In this document: positions 10,266-20,514 of the stretch, in pieces
Layout of the letters: each line of letters begins with the position of its first letter
Numbering within the stretch: position 1 is the first letter of the stretch
DNA from: a virus
DNA length: 64,000 bases
Virus record (IMG/VR): IMGVR_UViG_3300041956_000050
Coordinates: 44,064 to 108,063 of that record
Reading direction: 5' to 3' (one strand)
Translations under genes and position numbers: made by a program
Notes under the pieces: generated by a model
Seen by the model: only the letters and a program-made list of their open reading frames with translations
What the model was told of the DNA's origin: nothing
Databases searched by the model: none

Positions 10266-10568
10266 ATGGCAGATAACCACCCACGGCTGGTGCAGAACTC
10301 GAAGGGAGTGCGTTGTCAGCGCTGCACCGGCATTCATGAATACCTGACACGCCTCAGTGACGACACCCGAGACTGCTCCACCCCAGTCGCCTTCGGTCCA
10401 GACAAGGCGCTCAAGATGGCAACCCTACTCGCCAACGGCGCTGAAGATGTGGTTCGTATTCCTGATGACACTATTGTCGTTATGGATGACAGCGCTCGTC
10501 GGCTGCCACGGTCAGGCACAGGGACCATCCGGCTCGCACAGTTCACCACCGTCACACGTTCAGCGTGA
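10266..10568 (+). CDS. hypothetical protein
   Basis: AAGGAG RBS, CxxC motif. Confidence 0.55.
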   Translation: MADNHPRLVQNSKGVRCQRCTGIHEYLTRLSDDTRDCSTPVAFGPDKALKMATLLANGAEDVVRIPDDTIVVMDDSARRLPRSGTGTIRLAQFTTVTRSA

Positions 10569-10580
10569 GCACTGAAGCAG

Positions 10581-10670
10581 GTGGATGATGTCGTTATTCT
10601 TTTCGTCTGCCTGCTGTGTCTCTTCCTCATCGCCATCGTCTGGATTATCACGGCGCTGCCTGGGATCTAG
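10581..10670 (+). CDS. 29-aa single-TM peptide (MDDVVILFVCLLCLFLIAIVWIITALPGI)
   Basis: Translated by hand; strongly hydrophobic; fills the gap before dcd. Confidence 0.4.
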   Translation: MDDVVILFVCLLCLFLIAIVWIITALPGI

Positions 10671-10691
10671 CTAGTCGGGTATGATCGCGTC

Positions 10692-11234
10692 ATGAGCTTC
10701 CTATCTGACCGCGATCTGATGGTGCTCGGGCCGACGCTCGTGACGCCGTTCGATCCTGAATGCGTAGGTCCGGCGAGCATCGACCTCCATCTGTCCGAGG
10801 AGTTCGCGGTGCCGGACATGAACGCACGGCTGGCCTACATCGATCTCGATGGCCCTGCCTCCTTCACCCGTCCTATCGTGCGGGCGTCGGCTGAGGACGG
10901 CTTCGTCTTGCACCCCGGCGAGTTCGTGCTCGGCGTCACCGTTGAACAGGTCAGCCTTCCCGACAACATCGTTGGCAGGATCGAGGGCAAGTCATCGCTC
11001 GGGCGGCTCGGCCTGATGGTTCACATCACGTCGGGCTTCATCGATCCCGGCTTCAAGGGCTGCCTGACGCTACAGATGACAAACGTCCTGCGCATCCCCA
11101 TCGTGCTGCGACCTGGCAAGCGCATCTGCCAGGCGGTGTTCGCCTACCTCACCAATCCTGCCATGAATCCTTATGACAAGGGTCGTGTCTACAACTCCGA
11201 AAGTGTTGTTCCCTCGAAGGGTGTGACGGCATGA
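10692..11234 (+). CDS. dcd: dCTP deaminase
   Basis: LSDRD, PASIDL, LHPGEFVLG, EGKSSLGRLGL, GFIDPGF and ICQ motifs; leaderless (TATGAT 6 nt upstream). Confidence 0.92.
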   Translation: MSFLSDRDLMVLGPTLVTPFDPECVGPASIDLHLSEEFAVPDMNARLAYIDLDGPASFTRPIVRASAEDGFVLHPGEFVLGVTVEQVSLPDNIVGRIEGKSSLGRLGLMVHITSGFIDPGFKGCLTLQMTNVLRIPIVLRPGKRICQAVFAYLTNPAMNPYDKGRVYNSESVVPSKGVTA

Positions 11235-11443
11235 TCTACTGCGGGAAGTGCGCAAACTCGCGCAACTACCCCACGTCGTCAATGCGGACAAGTCGTGGCT
11301 CGTGTGAGATCTGCGGTGGCTTCGATCAGATCCAAGTCAAGAGTCGCGACGGAATCTCGACCCGCAACCTGCCGAATTTCTCCTACCCCGACAACCTGTT
11401 GCCGTCAATGGTCGAGACAGAATCGGAGGAAGAAGTTGGCTAG
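11231..11443 (+). CDS. small Zn-finger protein
   Basis: CGKC...CEIC; ATGA overlap with dcd. Confidence 0.55.
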   Translation: MIYCGKCANSRNYPTSSMRTSRGSCEICGGFDQIQVKSRDGISTRNLPNFSYPDNLLPSMVETESEEEVG

Positions 11444-11634
11444 GGTCCTCGTCACTTACTCCAAGCCGGTGCCAGGCTGGCGGGATCTCGACTGCTCGGA
11501 GCCGTTCCTTGAGCGCGGCACGACGTTCTCGTTCTACGGCGCGGTGCCGGAGCTAGGCATCGAGGAAGTCAAGTGTGACGACATTCCTGTCGAGCACGCC
11601 TACATCAAGGATGAGGTGCTGTACGTGGAGGGGT

Positions 11635-12039
11635 ATGCCAACTTCGGGTGAGATCGGGCGGGGCCTGGAGGAACGGATCGCGAAAGCGCTCGGTGGCACG
11701 TTCGTCAAGCAATCCGGTGGCGGCAGGTTCGAGAAACTCGATGTCAAGGATGCTGCCAAGTTCGTGTACTTCGCCAGAGCGACGACCCGGATGAGCGATG
11801 CCGGGTTTCGTGCGCTGTGGAAGATGTGGTCAGAGACGATCCGTGGCACGCGGGGACCGGCTGGCCACGGCAACGATGCGAAACCGGCGATGGTGTTCGA
11901 GATGAACGGTGAACTGCTAGTGACAATGCGCTTGGCAGATCACGTGGCGTTGGCGACTGAGGAGATTGCCCCCTACGTCCAGACAACCAAGGCCCAAGAG
12001 CGAAGGGCGCGGGCATTACAGAATCCGAGGGAACGCTGA
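11635..12039 (+). CDS. PD-(D/E)xK Hjc-like resolvase homologue, possibly degenerate
   Basis: GRGLEERIAK...SGGG...LDV pattern; the expected ExK position reads ARAT. Confidence 0.5.
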   Translation: MPTSGEIGRGLEERIAKALGGTFVKQSGGGRFEKLDVKDAAKFVYFARATTRMSDAGFRALWKMWSETIRGTRGPAGHGNDAKPAMVFEMNGELLVTMRLADHVALATEEIAPYVQTTKAQERRARALQNPRER

Positions 12040-12362
12040 TGCGCGCATTCATCACGATCAACCTCAAGAAATCCACGAACGACAAGCCGGAGAGTCCAGT
12101 GCGGAGCATCGAGCTTCCGTACCTGACAAAGAATGGATTGCCTGTCTTCACCCTTGACACAGAGGAACCGTTCTTCATTGGCACCGATTTCATCCAGATC
12201 GATGCGGTTCCCGGCATGATCGGTATCGCTCAGAAGGGTGACCAGATCTACTGTGTTGACAGCCATGAGGAGGTGCAGGCTCTCCCCCTCCGCATCATCA
12301 CACAGAAGCAGTACGAACGCTTCCAGCACCTCGAAGAGTCGTTCGTGAAGGAGACGGTCTAA
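12039..12362 (+). CDS. hypothetical protein
   Basis: TGATG overlap, in operon. Confidence 0.6.
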   Translation: MRAFITINLKKSTNDKPESPVRSIELPYLTKNGLPVFTLDTEEPFFIGTDFIQIDAVPGMIGIAQKGDQIYCVDSHEEVQALPLRIITQKQYERFQHLEESFVKETV

Positions 12363-12363
12363 A

Positions 12364-12654
12364 ATGCCCAGGCGTAAGCGAAAGTCAACATCATCGTCAA
12401 GGAGGAGAAAGCGCGGGACGCCGAGGCCGAAGAAGCGCTCGACGGCCAAGGGCGTGAAGAAGCTCAAGGCGAGCAGCTTCGCGTATCCGAAGACCCGCAA
12501 GTACCCGATCAACACCAAGAAGCGCGCTCGTGCGGCGCTGGCTTACGCGGCACGCAGCGACACCGCTGGCAGCTACTCACATGTCGCCAAAGCTGTCAGA
12601 AAGAAGTACCCCGGCATCAAGATCGGCGGAAAGAAGAAGACAAGGAGGAAGTAA
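12364..12654 (+). CDS. highly basic protein with FAYP..RKYPI...ARAAL motif (DUF6582-like)
   Basis: Composition and motif recognised by eye. Confidence 0.6.
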   Translation: MPRRKRKSTSSSRRRKRGTPRPKKRSTAKGVKKLKASSFAYPKTRKYPINTKKRARAALAYAARSDTAGSYSHVAKAVRKKYPGIKIGGKKKTRRK

Positions 12655-12817
12655 GCAGTGCCGACAAAGAAGCCACTCCACCCCAAGCTGCGCGAGAACT
12701 CCGAGCGCCTCAAGCGCGGAGAACCACTGCACAGCAAGCGCAACGCGCCCACATCGGCCGGTGCCCCTCCGGCGCGGCCGAAGATCCGTTCAGCCAAGGC
12801 CAGAAAGGGGTAGAGAC

Positions 12818-12979
12818 ATGCCTGGTGCCGCGAGCAAGATGCGCAGCCACCTGTCAAGGCAGGGCAAGAAGGGCAATCGCAAGATGAAGAAGAACTCCAG
12901 CCGCAAGCAGAACGCTGCCAACAGTCGTGTCGGCGGCTATGCCGGGGCGAACTTCAGCAACGACATTGGCCGTCGCTAG
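12818..12979 (+). CDS. small basic protein
   Basis: MPGAASKMRSHLSRQGKKG..., K/R-rich. Confidence 0.5.
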   Translation: MPGAASKMRSHLSRQGKKGNRKMKKNSSRKQNAANSRVGGYAGANFSNDIGRR

Positions 12980-13237
12980 ATGGACGACGCCGACCTTGAG
13001 CGAATTACGCGCATCGCCAAGGGCGGGCTTGAGAGCGCGAGAGAGGAGCCGGACGAAGACGAGCACGATCTGCACCTAGATACTTTCGCCATTGTTGGCG
13101 TGTGGGCCTGGAAAGACGATGAGGGCAATGACTGTGAGGGGTACAGCATCTGGTCTGAAACGCGCCGGACCCACGTACAGGCAGGAATCCTCGTCGCTGG
13201 CTTGCAGCGCTTGTCAGAGGGCGGGGGAAAGAACTAA
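12980..13237 (+). CDS. hypothetical protein
   Basis: Abuts the previous stop codon. Confidence 0.55.
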   Translation: MDDADLERITRIAKGGLESAREEPDEDEHDLHLDTFAIVGVWAWKDDEGNDCEGYSIWSETRRTHVQAGILVAGLQRLSEGGGKN

Positions 13238-13259
13238 CAACAATCACGACAGGAGCATC

Positions 13260-13499
13260 ATGGGAGACGAGGAGAAGGACGAGGGCCAGGAGCAGGAGCA
13301 GGGACCGATCCGCGAAGGTTCCGATCAGGTCGCGGGCGACCCGCGTGGCAACGCCATCGAGGGTGGCGCTGCCCCGAGCATCGGCGGCGGTGTCGCGAGC
13401 AGCGGCACGCCTGCCGGAGAGGACGTTCCCGAGCCTGGTGAGGGCCAGGGACCAGGGCAGGGTGAGGGTGCCCGAGAGGGCAAGTCCTCGCAGGAGTAG
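13260..13499 (+). CDS. acidic Gly-rich hypothetical protein
   Basis: AGGAG RBS before MGDEEKDEG. Confidence 0.5.
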   Translation: MGDEEKDEGQEQEQGPIREGSDQVAGDPRGNAIEGGAAPSIGGGVASSGTPAGEDVPEPGEGQGPGQGEGAREGKSSQE

Positions 13500-13511
13500 C
13501 GACACCGGCCC

Positions 13512-13868
13512 ATGGCTGAGATCGTCATACGCATACCAATCGAGATCCCCGAACTGGAGGTACTGATGGCACAGATCGATGACGTTGCCGCACAGGTCCA
13601 GCAACTGACCGAGGCGGTGCGTGGCTTCATGAACAGGCAGGCCGACATCATCGGCCAACTCAACGCCGAACTGTCAGCACTGAAGGCTGACGACGACGTG
13701 GAGAACTCCAAGCTGGAGGGCCTGTCCGGCGTCATCCAGAGCCTCACTGACGAGGTGAACAGGTTCGGCCAGAACACCGAGGTGCCGGTCGATCCCGCCG
13801 ATCCGGGAGGCGAGGTGGAGCCGATCCAGCCGGACCCGGTGCCCGAGCCGGAAGAACCGGCCGAGTAG
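13512..13868 (+). CDS. coiled-coil hypothetical protein
   Basis: Heptad pattern, Pro/Glu tail. Confidence 0.6.
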   Translation: MAEIVIRIPIEIPELEVLMAQIDDVAAQVQQLTEAVRGFMNRQADIIGQLNAELSALKADDDVENSKLEGLSGVIQSLTDEVNRFGQNTEVPVDPADPGGEVEPIQPDPVPEPEEPAE

Positions 13869-13902
13869 AACTGTCAACACTCAGGACCAAGGAGGGATAG
13901 AA

Positions 13903-14709
13903 GTGCTACGGCCTCTCGCAGCCACGGCGCTGATCGCGCTATCGGTGCCGCTGGCTGCGTATGCCGGTGGAGGGACGACATCGGAACACAAGGTGGCGAT
14001 CTGTCACAAGGGCATGACGCTCTCCGTGGACAAGAGCGCGGTTCAAGCGCATCTCAACCATGGTGACACGTTGGGTCCGTGTGAGTGCCCGAAGTTCAAG
14101 CACAAGCATTCGTCGCATCACCACGGCAAGCGCGTTCATGGCCATGGGCACCGCAAGCACCACAAGCCGCATTGCCCGAAGCCACACCCGACGCCAACAC
14201 CGACTCCGACACCAACGTCAACACCGACGGCAACTCCAACGGCAACACCCACAGCAACACCGACGGCAACGCCAACAGTGACGCCAACTCCGACACCGAC
14301 GCCAGTGGTTGGGCCTCCCGGACCCCCTGGTCCGCCTGGCCCTCCGGGACCGCCTGGACCTCCCGGCCCGCCTGGTCCTCCTGGCAAGGATGCACCCGTC
14401 TCATGCCCGAAGGGAAGCATTCGAGTCGCCAAGTGGCGCGTTGTTGTCAATCGTGGTCACAGAGTGACCTCGTTCAAGGCGACGTTCAACGGTGAGAAGG
14501 CCCAAGTCAAGCGCACACGCACCAAGAGCGGTCGTCGGATGTTCGTCATCCGTATTGACATGCGCGGACTGACGAAGGGCATCTACAACGCGCGCATCCG
14601 TTACAAGTTCGCCGGAGAGACGCGCAAGTTCCCGCACAGCAAGGTCCATCTGTACCGGGCCTGCGGTGGCAAGGACTCGCTCAACGAGAAGTCCATCATC
14701 ACCATCTAG
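13903..14709 (+). CDS. secreted protein with His-rich segment, PT repeats and collagen-like GPP repeats
   Basis: Signal peptide, KVAICHKG...HLNHGDTLGPC, (PT)n and (GPP)n. Confidence 0.8.
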   Translation: MLRPLAATALIALSVPLAAYAGGGTTSEHKVAICHKGMTLSVDKSAVQAHLNHGDTLGPCECPKFKHKHSSHHHGKRVHGHGHRKHHKPHCPKPHPTPTPTPTPTSTPTATPTATPTATPTATPTVTPTPTPTPVVGPPGPPGPPGPPGPPGPPGPPGPPGKDAPVSCPKGSIRVAKWRVVVNRGHRVTSFKATFNGEKAQVKRTRTKSGRRMFVIRIDMRGLTKGIYNARIRYKFAGETRKFPHSKVHLYRACGGKDSLNEKSIITI

Positions 14710-14723
14710 GAAGGAGTAGTGAC

Positions 14724-14987
14724 ATGGCCGGACTCACTGTCAAGCAGACGCCGCTCAAGAAGGCAGGCGGTTACACAACCACGACGCCGACGCTCTCGCC
14801 GGGAGCGGGGCACCTCAAGCCGTTCGGCGGCGGTGTGCCCGACAGGCGTCCGGCCAGCCACGCGGTGGCCTCCCCCTACCACCGTGGGCGCAAGGGCCGC
14901 AACAAGGACACGGAGGCGCTGCTCAAGAACGTCCCGCGCACCGTCGTGACCGACGCCGCCCCGCCGCCCCCGGAGGAAGAGGAGTAG
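14724..14987 (+). CDS. hypothetical protein, last gene of the rightward block
   Basis: AAGGAG RBS. Confidence 0.55.
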   Translation: MAGLTVKQTPLKKAGGYTTTTPTLSPGAGHLKPFGGGVPDRRPASHAVASPYHRGRKGRNKDTEALLKNVPRTVVTDAAPPPPEEEE

Positions 14988-15005
14988 CAGTTGTCATGTA
15001 GCTGA

Positions 15006-15049
15006 CCAGGCGGATCGAGTTAGCGCAAGATCCGCCTGGCGGCTGCGTT
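15006..15049. terminator. hairpin between convergent gene blocks
   Basis: CCAGGCGGATC...GATCCGCCTGG inverted repeat. Confidence 0.6.
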
Positions 15050-15374
15050 CTGGCTCTCCAGCGTTATGGAGAGCGCTCGCGCCCGGAGCGGAGCATGGAC
15101 GGTGACCCGTCTGCTCCGGGCATTCTCAGTCGCAACACGACTGCACTGTTGTCATGCAGCGTGGACACGTCCAGTGTCCGTGGATGCGGATCAGCGTCAC
15201 GTGGTGTAAACATGCAGGACACTTCGTCACGTCTTCCCCCTGCCATTCCCTCTCGCATGGACATTCCGGGTCGATCTCTCCCAAGATGCAGGCCCTGGTG
15301 TGCGTGTAAACAGTAGCGCCCGAAGCAGAAGGAGAGGGGAAGGGATTCTGCTCCGGGCGCACCGTTAGAGGGTA

Positions 15375-15995
15375 CTACTTGCTGCGCATCTTGACGCGCC
15401 CGGTGCTGCGGCGCGTCGAAGCGGCGGGCTTGCTGGCCGCGCCACGGCGGGTGCCGGTCGAGCGCGTGCCCCGCGTCGAGGGGCGGGTCGTCGCCTTCGC
15501 GCCGGACGCGCGCTTGGCGGGAGCCTTCTTGGTAGCAGTCTTGCCGTTGCCGCTGGTCACGCCCTCGCGCTCCGCGAACTCGCCCATCTTGTAGAGCCAC
15601 TGGCGGGAGATGCCGGACTCGTCGGCCACCTTCGCCATCGAGACGCCTTCTGCGATGGCCTCACGCGCGGCGTCGTGGAGAGCGTTGATCGACTCCTTGT
15701 GCTCGATCTCGGCCTTCGTGCGGCGCTCACCCGCCTTGGCGACGGCCTTGAGCAGACGCGCCTCGGTGCGAGGATCGACGCCCTTGCTCGCACGCCGGAC
15801 GGGACCGTCGCCGTTGCCATTGGTCTTGGCAGCAGCAGCGGGCTTGCTGCGGGCAGGAGCACGCTTGGTAGGAGCGGTGCCCTTGCGGGTCGTGGCCTTG
15901 CGTCCAGCGGGCTTGGTGCTGCGGGTGCTACCGCGCTTGGCGGGAGCGGGCTTGTCCTCGGTCTTGGTGCCTCGGACCTTGATCTTGACTGGCAT
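15375..15995 (-). CDS. histone-like basic protein with central HTH
   Basis: K/R/A/T/P-rich arms flank GVSMAKVADESGISRQWLYK; AGGAGG RBS before ATG 15995; TATCAT -10 at 16039-16044. Confidence 0.75.
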   Translation of the reverse strand: MPVKIKVRGTKTEDKPAPAKRGSTRSTKPAGRKATTRKGTAPTKRAPARSKPAAAAKTNGNGDGPVRRASKGVDPRTEARLLKAVAKAGERRTKAEIEHKESINALHDAAREAIAEGVSMAKVADESGISRQWLYKMGEFAEREGVTSGNGKTATKKAPAKRASGAKATTRPSTRGTRSTGTRRGAASKPAASTRRSTGRVKMRSK

Positions 15996-16760
15996 GTTGT
16001 TTGACCTCCTGGGTCGGGTTGTTGTGCTTGTTGCCGTCATGATAGCAGACGGCAAGAGGGTTGTCGGCAGGAATGCTGCCGGACTTGAGCTAGAAGGCGA
16101 TGATGATCGCGAGTACGATCAGAATCAGCGGGAACACCTGGATTTTGCTCAAGGCGTGATCCCTTTGCTCCTTGCGCTTCTTTCCTGCCAGGTACTCCTT
16201 GTATTCCTCGGTCGTCATTCGTCGCCTTCCTTGTCGTCGATGTTGTCGTTCTTCTTCTCGCGCTTCTTACGGCGCGCTTCCTTCTCGGCCTCCTCCTGCA
16301 TGCGAAGCTTCTCGTCATGCGTGGGGATGCCGCGTGCCTTCATCTCGATCTCGACTCGGGCGATCAGGTTGCTAGCCATCTCGACCTGGCCGATATGCGT
16401 ACCGAGCGCGAGAGCCACCCACGCCGGTTCCTTCATGTACCCGCTGCGCCCTTCCACGTCGTGCATCCACGAGCCGTAGCGGTTGTGCATCGTGTACGTG
16501 ATGTCGTTGTTGCTGACATCGATCATCCAGTAGCCGTTCTCCTGCACCACGTTGCCGTAGCGCAGACCCCCGACCGTGAAGTCGCGGGTGGCACTCTGCT
16601 TAGCGAGCTTGCGAGCCTTGATCCCGGCAAGGCTGTTGTCGGGAGGCTCAGGCGCGAGCACGATCACCTGCGCTTGCTTGCGTGCGCGAAGTTCGGCAAG
16701 CGTCTTGGGCTTGCTGCGTTCCCGCCGACGCTTGTCGCGCACATCCCGCAATCCCATCTG

Positions 16761-17189
16761 TCATCCCTTCTGGTAGTAGCCGTAAACACACCTGCTACCG
16801 TCACGGCTTGGGTTGTGCATGTCATGTATGACGCCATCGATCACGGCTGTCACGTGCTTGCTTACGGCGACGACCAACCGGCCACCCGGTAGCTCGTCCT
16901 CGCGCAGATGCACGGTGCAGCCCTGGCCGATCTGCATCGTCGGCGTCCACACCCAGCCGAGATCGATCAGGTACGGCTCGTAGACGTTGCGGAACACACC
17001 GCTGCGGGCGCTCCTGACACCGCGTGTGCGATGCTTGCCACGGCTGAGCTTCATGCCGAGCGCGAGCGCTTCGTAGACATCCCCATATGGGACGCCAGTG
17101 GCAATGGCAATGCTGCGCGTCACGCAGTCGCCAGCAGTGCCGACATAGCCAGCGTCGGCGCGGCCACCGTCGTCCTGCACGAACTTCAT
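16761..17189 (-). CDS. conserved phage protein with possible Cys-His-Asp catalytic set
   Basis: GDCVTRSIAIATG...KHVTAVIDGVIHD. Confidence 0.55.
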   Translation of the reverse strand: MKFVQDDGGRADAGYVGTAGDCVTRSIAIATGVPYGDVYEALALGMKLSRGKHRTRGVRSARSGVFRNVYEPYLIDLGWVWTPTMQIGQGCTVHLREDELPGGRLVVAVSKHVTAVIDGVIHDMHNPSRDGSRCVYGYYQKG

Positions 17190-18827
17190 CCCTTGTCCTT
17201 CCGTGGTTGCTTGACGTTGGGCTTGGCCTTGCGCTGGAAGCGGCCGAAGCGGTTGAGGATGTAACCGCTCTCCTGCATCTCCTTGTGGATCGTCTTGTCG
17301 GAGTGGAGTCCGGCAGTGACGACGGCTGCGTCCAGCGCTTCCTTGCGCTTGGCGTTCTGCGCCTCGACGTGCTGTTGGCGGCGGCGCTTGCGTTGGCGCT
17401 GTTGACGGCTGTTCATCCTGGGATTATACAGGATCTCCGTCAGGAGTCCTGGCGACCCGCGTGCAGCCCGATGGTCATGCCGTCGATGGACAAAGCCGTC
17501 AGCGCAGGCATCAGGTTGTCGATCTCCGGTGACAGGCGGATCGCCGTCTTCTCGGTGCGCGAGAGTGCTCGCGGGTCTTGCCCGTCAAGAATCATGGCGG
17601 CTCGTAGCGCACGCTGCTGAGCGACGTACACCAGGCCCTCGGGGTCGGTGTTGAGCAGGTTGGCTACCCAGCCCTGGTCGTCGCCTGCATACTCGTCGCT
17701 GAGCGCATCCATGTACCTCGCGGACAGGCTCAGGTCGTCTTGTCCGATCATCCGTTCTCCTCGGTTGTGTTGTCGCTTGTATCGACACGAAGGCCAACTT
17801 CCTTTAGCGGCGGCGTCGTGCCATCCTCCTCGGCCATCTCGCGGATCTCGCGGATGACCTCCTCGTGGTTGTGGAACCGCTCGGGCAGATCCTCCCGGTT
17901 CATCTCCTCCAGCCGTCCGGCGTTTTCCTCCATGAACTTGCGGATCTCCGGATCATCCTGATCGAAGATCTCCTCGGTCGCAAAGAATGGCGACACGAAG
18001 TCCATGGCCACGTCGATGTAGCGCTCGACCGCCTTGTGCTGGCCGAGCAGCTTGATGTGCGCGAACATCCGCACGTGCTCCTCGCACGGCTCCTCGTCCT
18101 TGTGGCGGTGCATCAGACGCACACCGAGAATGTGCGTGCCCTTGGGGTCCAGCAGCTTGAACTGCGCGGGGGTCAGGTTGCGGTTGTAGCCACGACGGTG
18201 CGTATCGCGACAGATCTCGCGAAGCTCCCTCGTGTTCATGACAAGCGTTCTGTCACTTCGTTGCATTAGTTCCCCATGTGGTTGAGTTCATCACGCAGAA
18301 GCGCCCCGTCAAGCTCACGCTCTGCTTCGTACAGCGGGCCGTCAATGATCTCGCTCGCGCTCACTGATGCGCCAACGACTTTCGTGACGGCTTCCAGTTG
18401 TTCGCGGGTCAGATCGACCCTGATCTTGTCACTCATTGTGCTCCTTGTCTTTGTCAATCATCTTGCGCCAGCGATCCTCCGCTTCAGCGCGGCGATGGTC
18501 TGGCCAGGTATCGCCTACACCGGGCTTGCGCTCGGGAGGCTCAGGGTGTCGCCGCTTGTTCCACCAGATCTTGAAGTCGAAGATCTCGACAACGAGATAG
18601 ACAATAGCAGCGACAAGCGGAATGCCTACTACTGCCGCCTCGATCACTGGTAGGGCGGTTCAGGCTGCGGGTTCATGCCGGTGACTTTCATGAAGCAGTC
18701 CCAGCAGTAACCGTTGTCAGCGGCCTTCTCCTCGGGCGGGAACCCGGAGGGGTGGAAGTAGTCCTCGTTCGGTGTGCATTGGTACTCCTTGCAACAGTCT
18801 GCACACTTGACATCTGCCCAGCGTAGA

Positions 18828-19289
18828 TCAATCGCCATTTGCTTTCGCCATTCTGTCGTAGAGCACGACGTTGACTGCTGCACCCAGGTTCAGGCAACGC
18901 ACCACTGGGATACGCACGAAGCGATGACACACCGTTCGCACGCCCTTTGGCACCTCGCCATCCTCCGGGCCGAACACGTACAGCGCTCGCTCGGGATGCT
19001 CGAACTCGATCAGGTTCTCGGCTGAGTCAAGAACCTCGACACATACAGGAACGAATCCCTGCGCCGTGAACAGTTCAACAGGGCGGTCAGGATCATTGGC
19101 TGCGCCGAAGTCAACACGCCTGCGATATTCGCGCAGACGCTCCTCGCGTGGCAACCGAGCTTCGGCATCGCGCGCACCGCGCCAGCCGGTCCACCGAACC
19201 TGCGGCACGCCGAACTCAGCAGCAGCACGCACGACTGCGCCCAGGTTGTGGCCGTACTTGGGGTCGATCAGCAGGACAGCAGCACTCAT
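18828..19289 (-). CDS. SpoU/TrmH-family (TrmL-like) RNA 2'-O-methyltransferase
   Basis: PKYGHNLGAVVRAA, YVFGPEDGEV and VRIP...LNLGAAVNVVLYD SPOUT motifs. Confidence 0.88.
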   Translation of the reverse strand: MSAAVLLIDPKYGHNLGAVVRAAAEFGVPQVRWTGWRGARDAEARLPREERLREYRRRVDFGAANDPDRPVELFTAQGFVPVCVEVLDSAENLIEFEHPERALYVFGPEDGEVPKGVRTVCHRFVRIPVVRCLNLGAAVNVVLYDRMAKANGD

Positions 19290-19292
19290 GAC

Positions 19293-20255
19293 TCACCTCG
19301 TGAACTCGAAGGCACGCTTGACCGGCTTGATCGGTGCGTCCTCCGGCCCCTTCATATACGGACTGATCCAGATCTGCCGGTAGGCATTCGGATCACCGAC
19401 CTCACCGAGCGTGCCGTAGTATTGATTGCGCCAGTGCCCGCGCACCACCCACTGCCACTTGTACTCGATGTCGCTTTCGCCATGGTCGAGTTCGTGCGGC
19501 TGGCGTTGTCTGCGAAGAGTGATGACAGTCACGTCTTCGGTGCGGTAGTGGCGCTTTCGGTCACGCCGTAGCTGCCGGGGAAGCGTCTCCTTGACCGGCA
19601 CGATTTGTCGTGATAGACGCCAGAACGACTGGAGTAGGAGCCACGTCCTGGCCCGAAGGTCGATCTCGTTCTCGTGGTCGGGATCATTCTTGGCCATCGC
19701 CTGCCAGTCCTCCAGCATGCCGAACGGGATGTAGCCGGAGAACAGGATGACCCACGTTCCCAGCGCTTCCCAGGAGGCGCGCTCTCGGGCATCCATGTCA
19801 GGGCGGTTGAAGTCGTCCATGTCATCGATGTGCGACCACAGTGTGTACCACACGCCGTCTGGAGCCTTGTCCTCGCTCCACTCGACCTCTCCGGTGCCAG
19901 CCGGAATCCACGAGATCCCTCGGAACGAGATCTTGTTGCCATCGATGTCATTCATGATGACTTGATGCGGCAGCAGCGCGAAGCTGATTGGGCAGGGGAG
20001 ATCCCAGGCGTGCAGGACTTCCGCCTTGAATGACTCGCGGGCATAGTCCCACATGTCCACCACTTCTGATGACACGTACATCGGATCTGCCTCTTGCAGC
20101 AGATGCTCGTGAAGTGTCAACATCATTCCCTCGGGGAACTCCTCGTCGTATGCCTGCTCTTGGAAGTCCCGCAGGTAGTCGCGGAAGATCGGATTGTGTT
20201 TGATATTGCCTAGCAGCCTCTCTTGCTCGAAGGCTGCGTCACTCCATCTCTGCAT
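19293..20255 (-). CDS. hypothetical protein with C-terminal VRGHWR...WISPYMKG motif
   Basis: 320-aa ORF; motif type recalled from phage proteins. Confidence 0.65.
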   Translation of the reverse strand: MQRWSDAAFEQERLLGNIKHNPIFRDYLRDFQEQAYDEEFPEGMMLTLHEHLLQEADPMYVSSEVVDMWDYARESFKAEVLHAWDLPCPISFALLPHQVIMNDIDGNKISFRGISWIPAGTGEVEWSEDKAPDGVWYTLWSHIDDMDDFNRPDMDARERASWEALGTWVILFSGYIPFGMLEDWQAMAKNDPDHENEIDLRARTWLLLQSFWRLSRQIVPVKETLPRQLRRDRKRHYRTEDVTVITLRRQRQPHELDHGESDIEYKWQWVVRGHWRNQYYGTLGEVGDPNAYRQIWISPYMKGPEDAPIKPVKRAFEFTR

Positions 20256-20514
20256 TGATTACCTCCTTGGTCAGACGTTCAGGGCGCACGCCAAGTATCT
20301 TGGCAATGGCCATCCCTTCCTTGAACTTCAGCGACCGCTTCCCACTTTCGATCCTCGAAAGCTGTGACTGATTGATGTCAGCGAGCTTAGCCAGGGTCCG
20401 CTGTTCGATCTCCGCGACGGTACGCAGGTATCTAATGTTGACACCCACGTTCCAATCGAACTTGTCGTGAGATGTTTTACGGTCGCTATCCAACGTTGGC
20501 ATCCACCGCCTCAA
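20239..20514 (-). CDS. XRE-family HTH regulator
   Basis: IRYLR...QRTLAKLADINQSQLSRIESGKR; true start uncertain. Confidence 0.8.
   Translation of the reverse strand: MRRWMPTLDSDRKTSHDKFDWNVGVNIRYLRTVAEIEQRTLAKLADINQSQLSRIESGKRSLKFKEGMAIAKILGVRPERLTKEVINAEME

Noticed and set aside
14185-14385. Tandem DNA repeats as a CRISPR-like array
   Set aside because: They are coding (PT)n and (GPP)n repeats with no repeat-spacer structure
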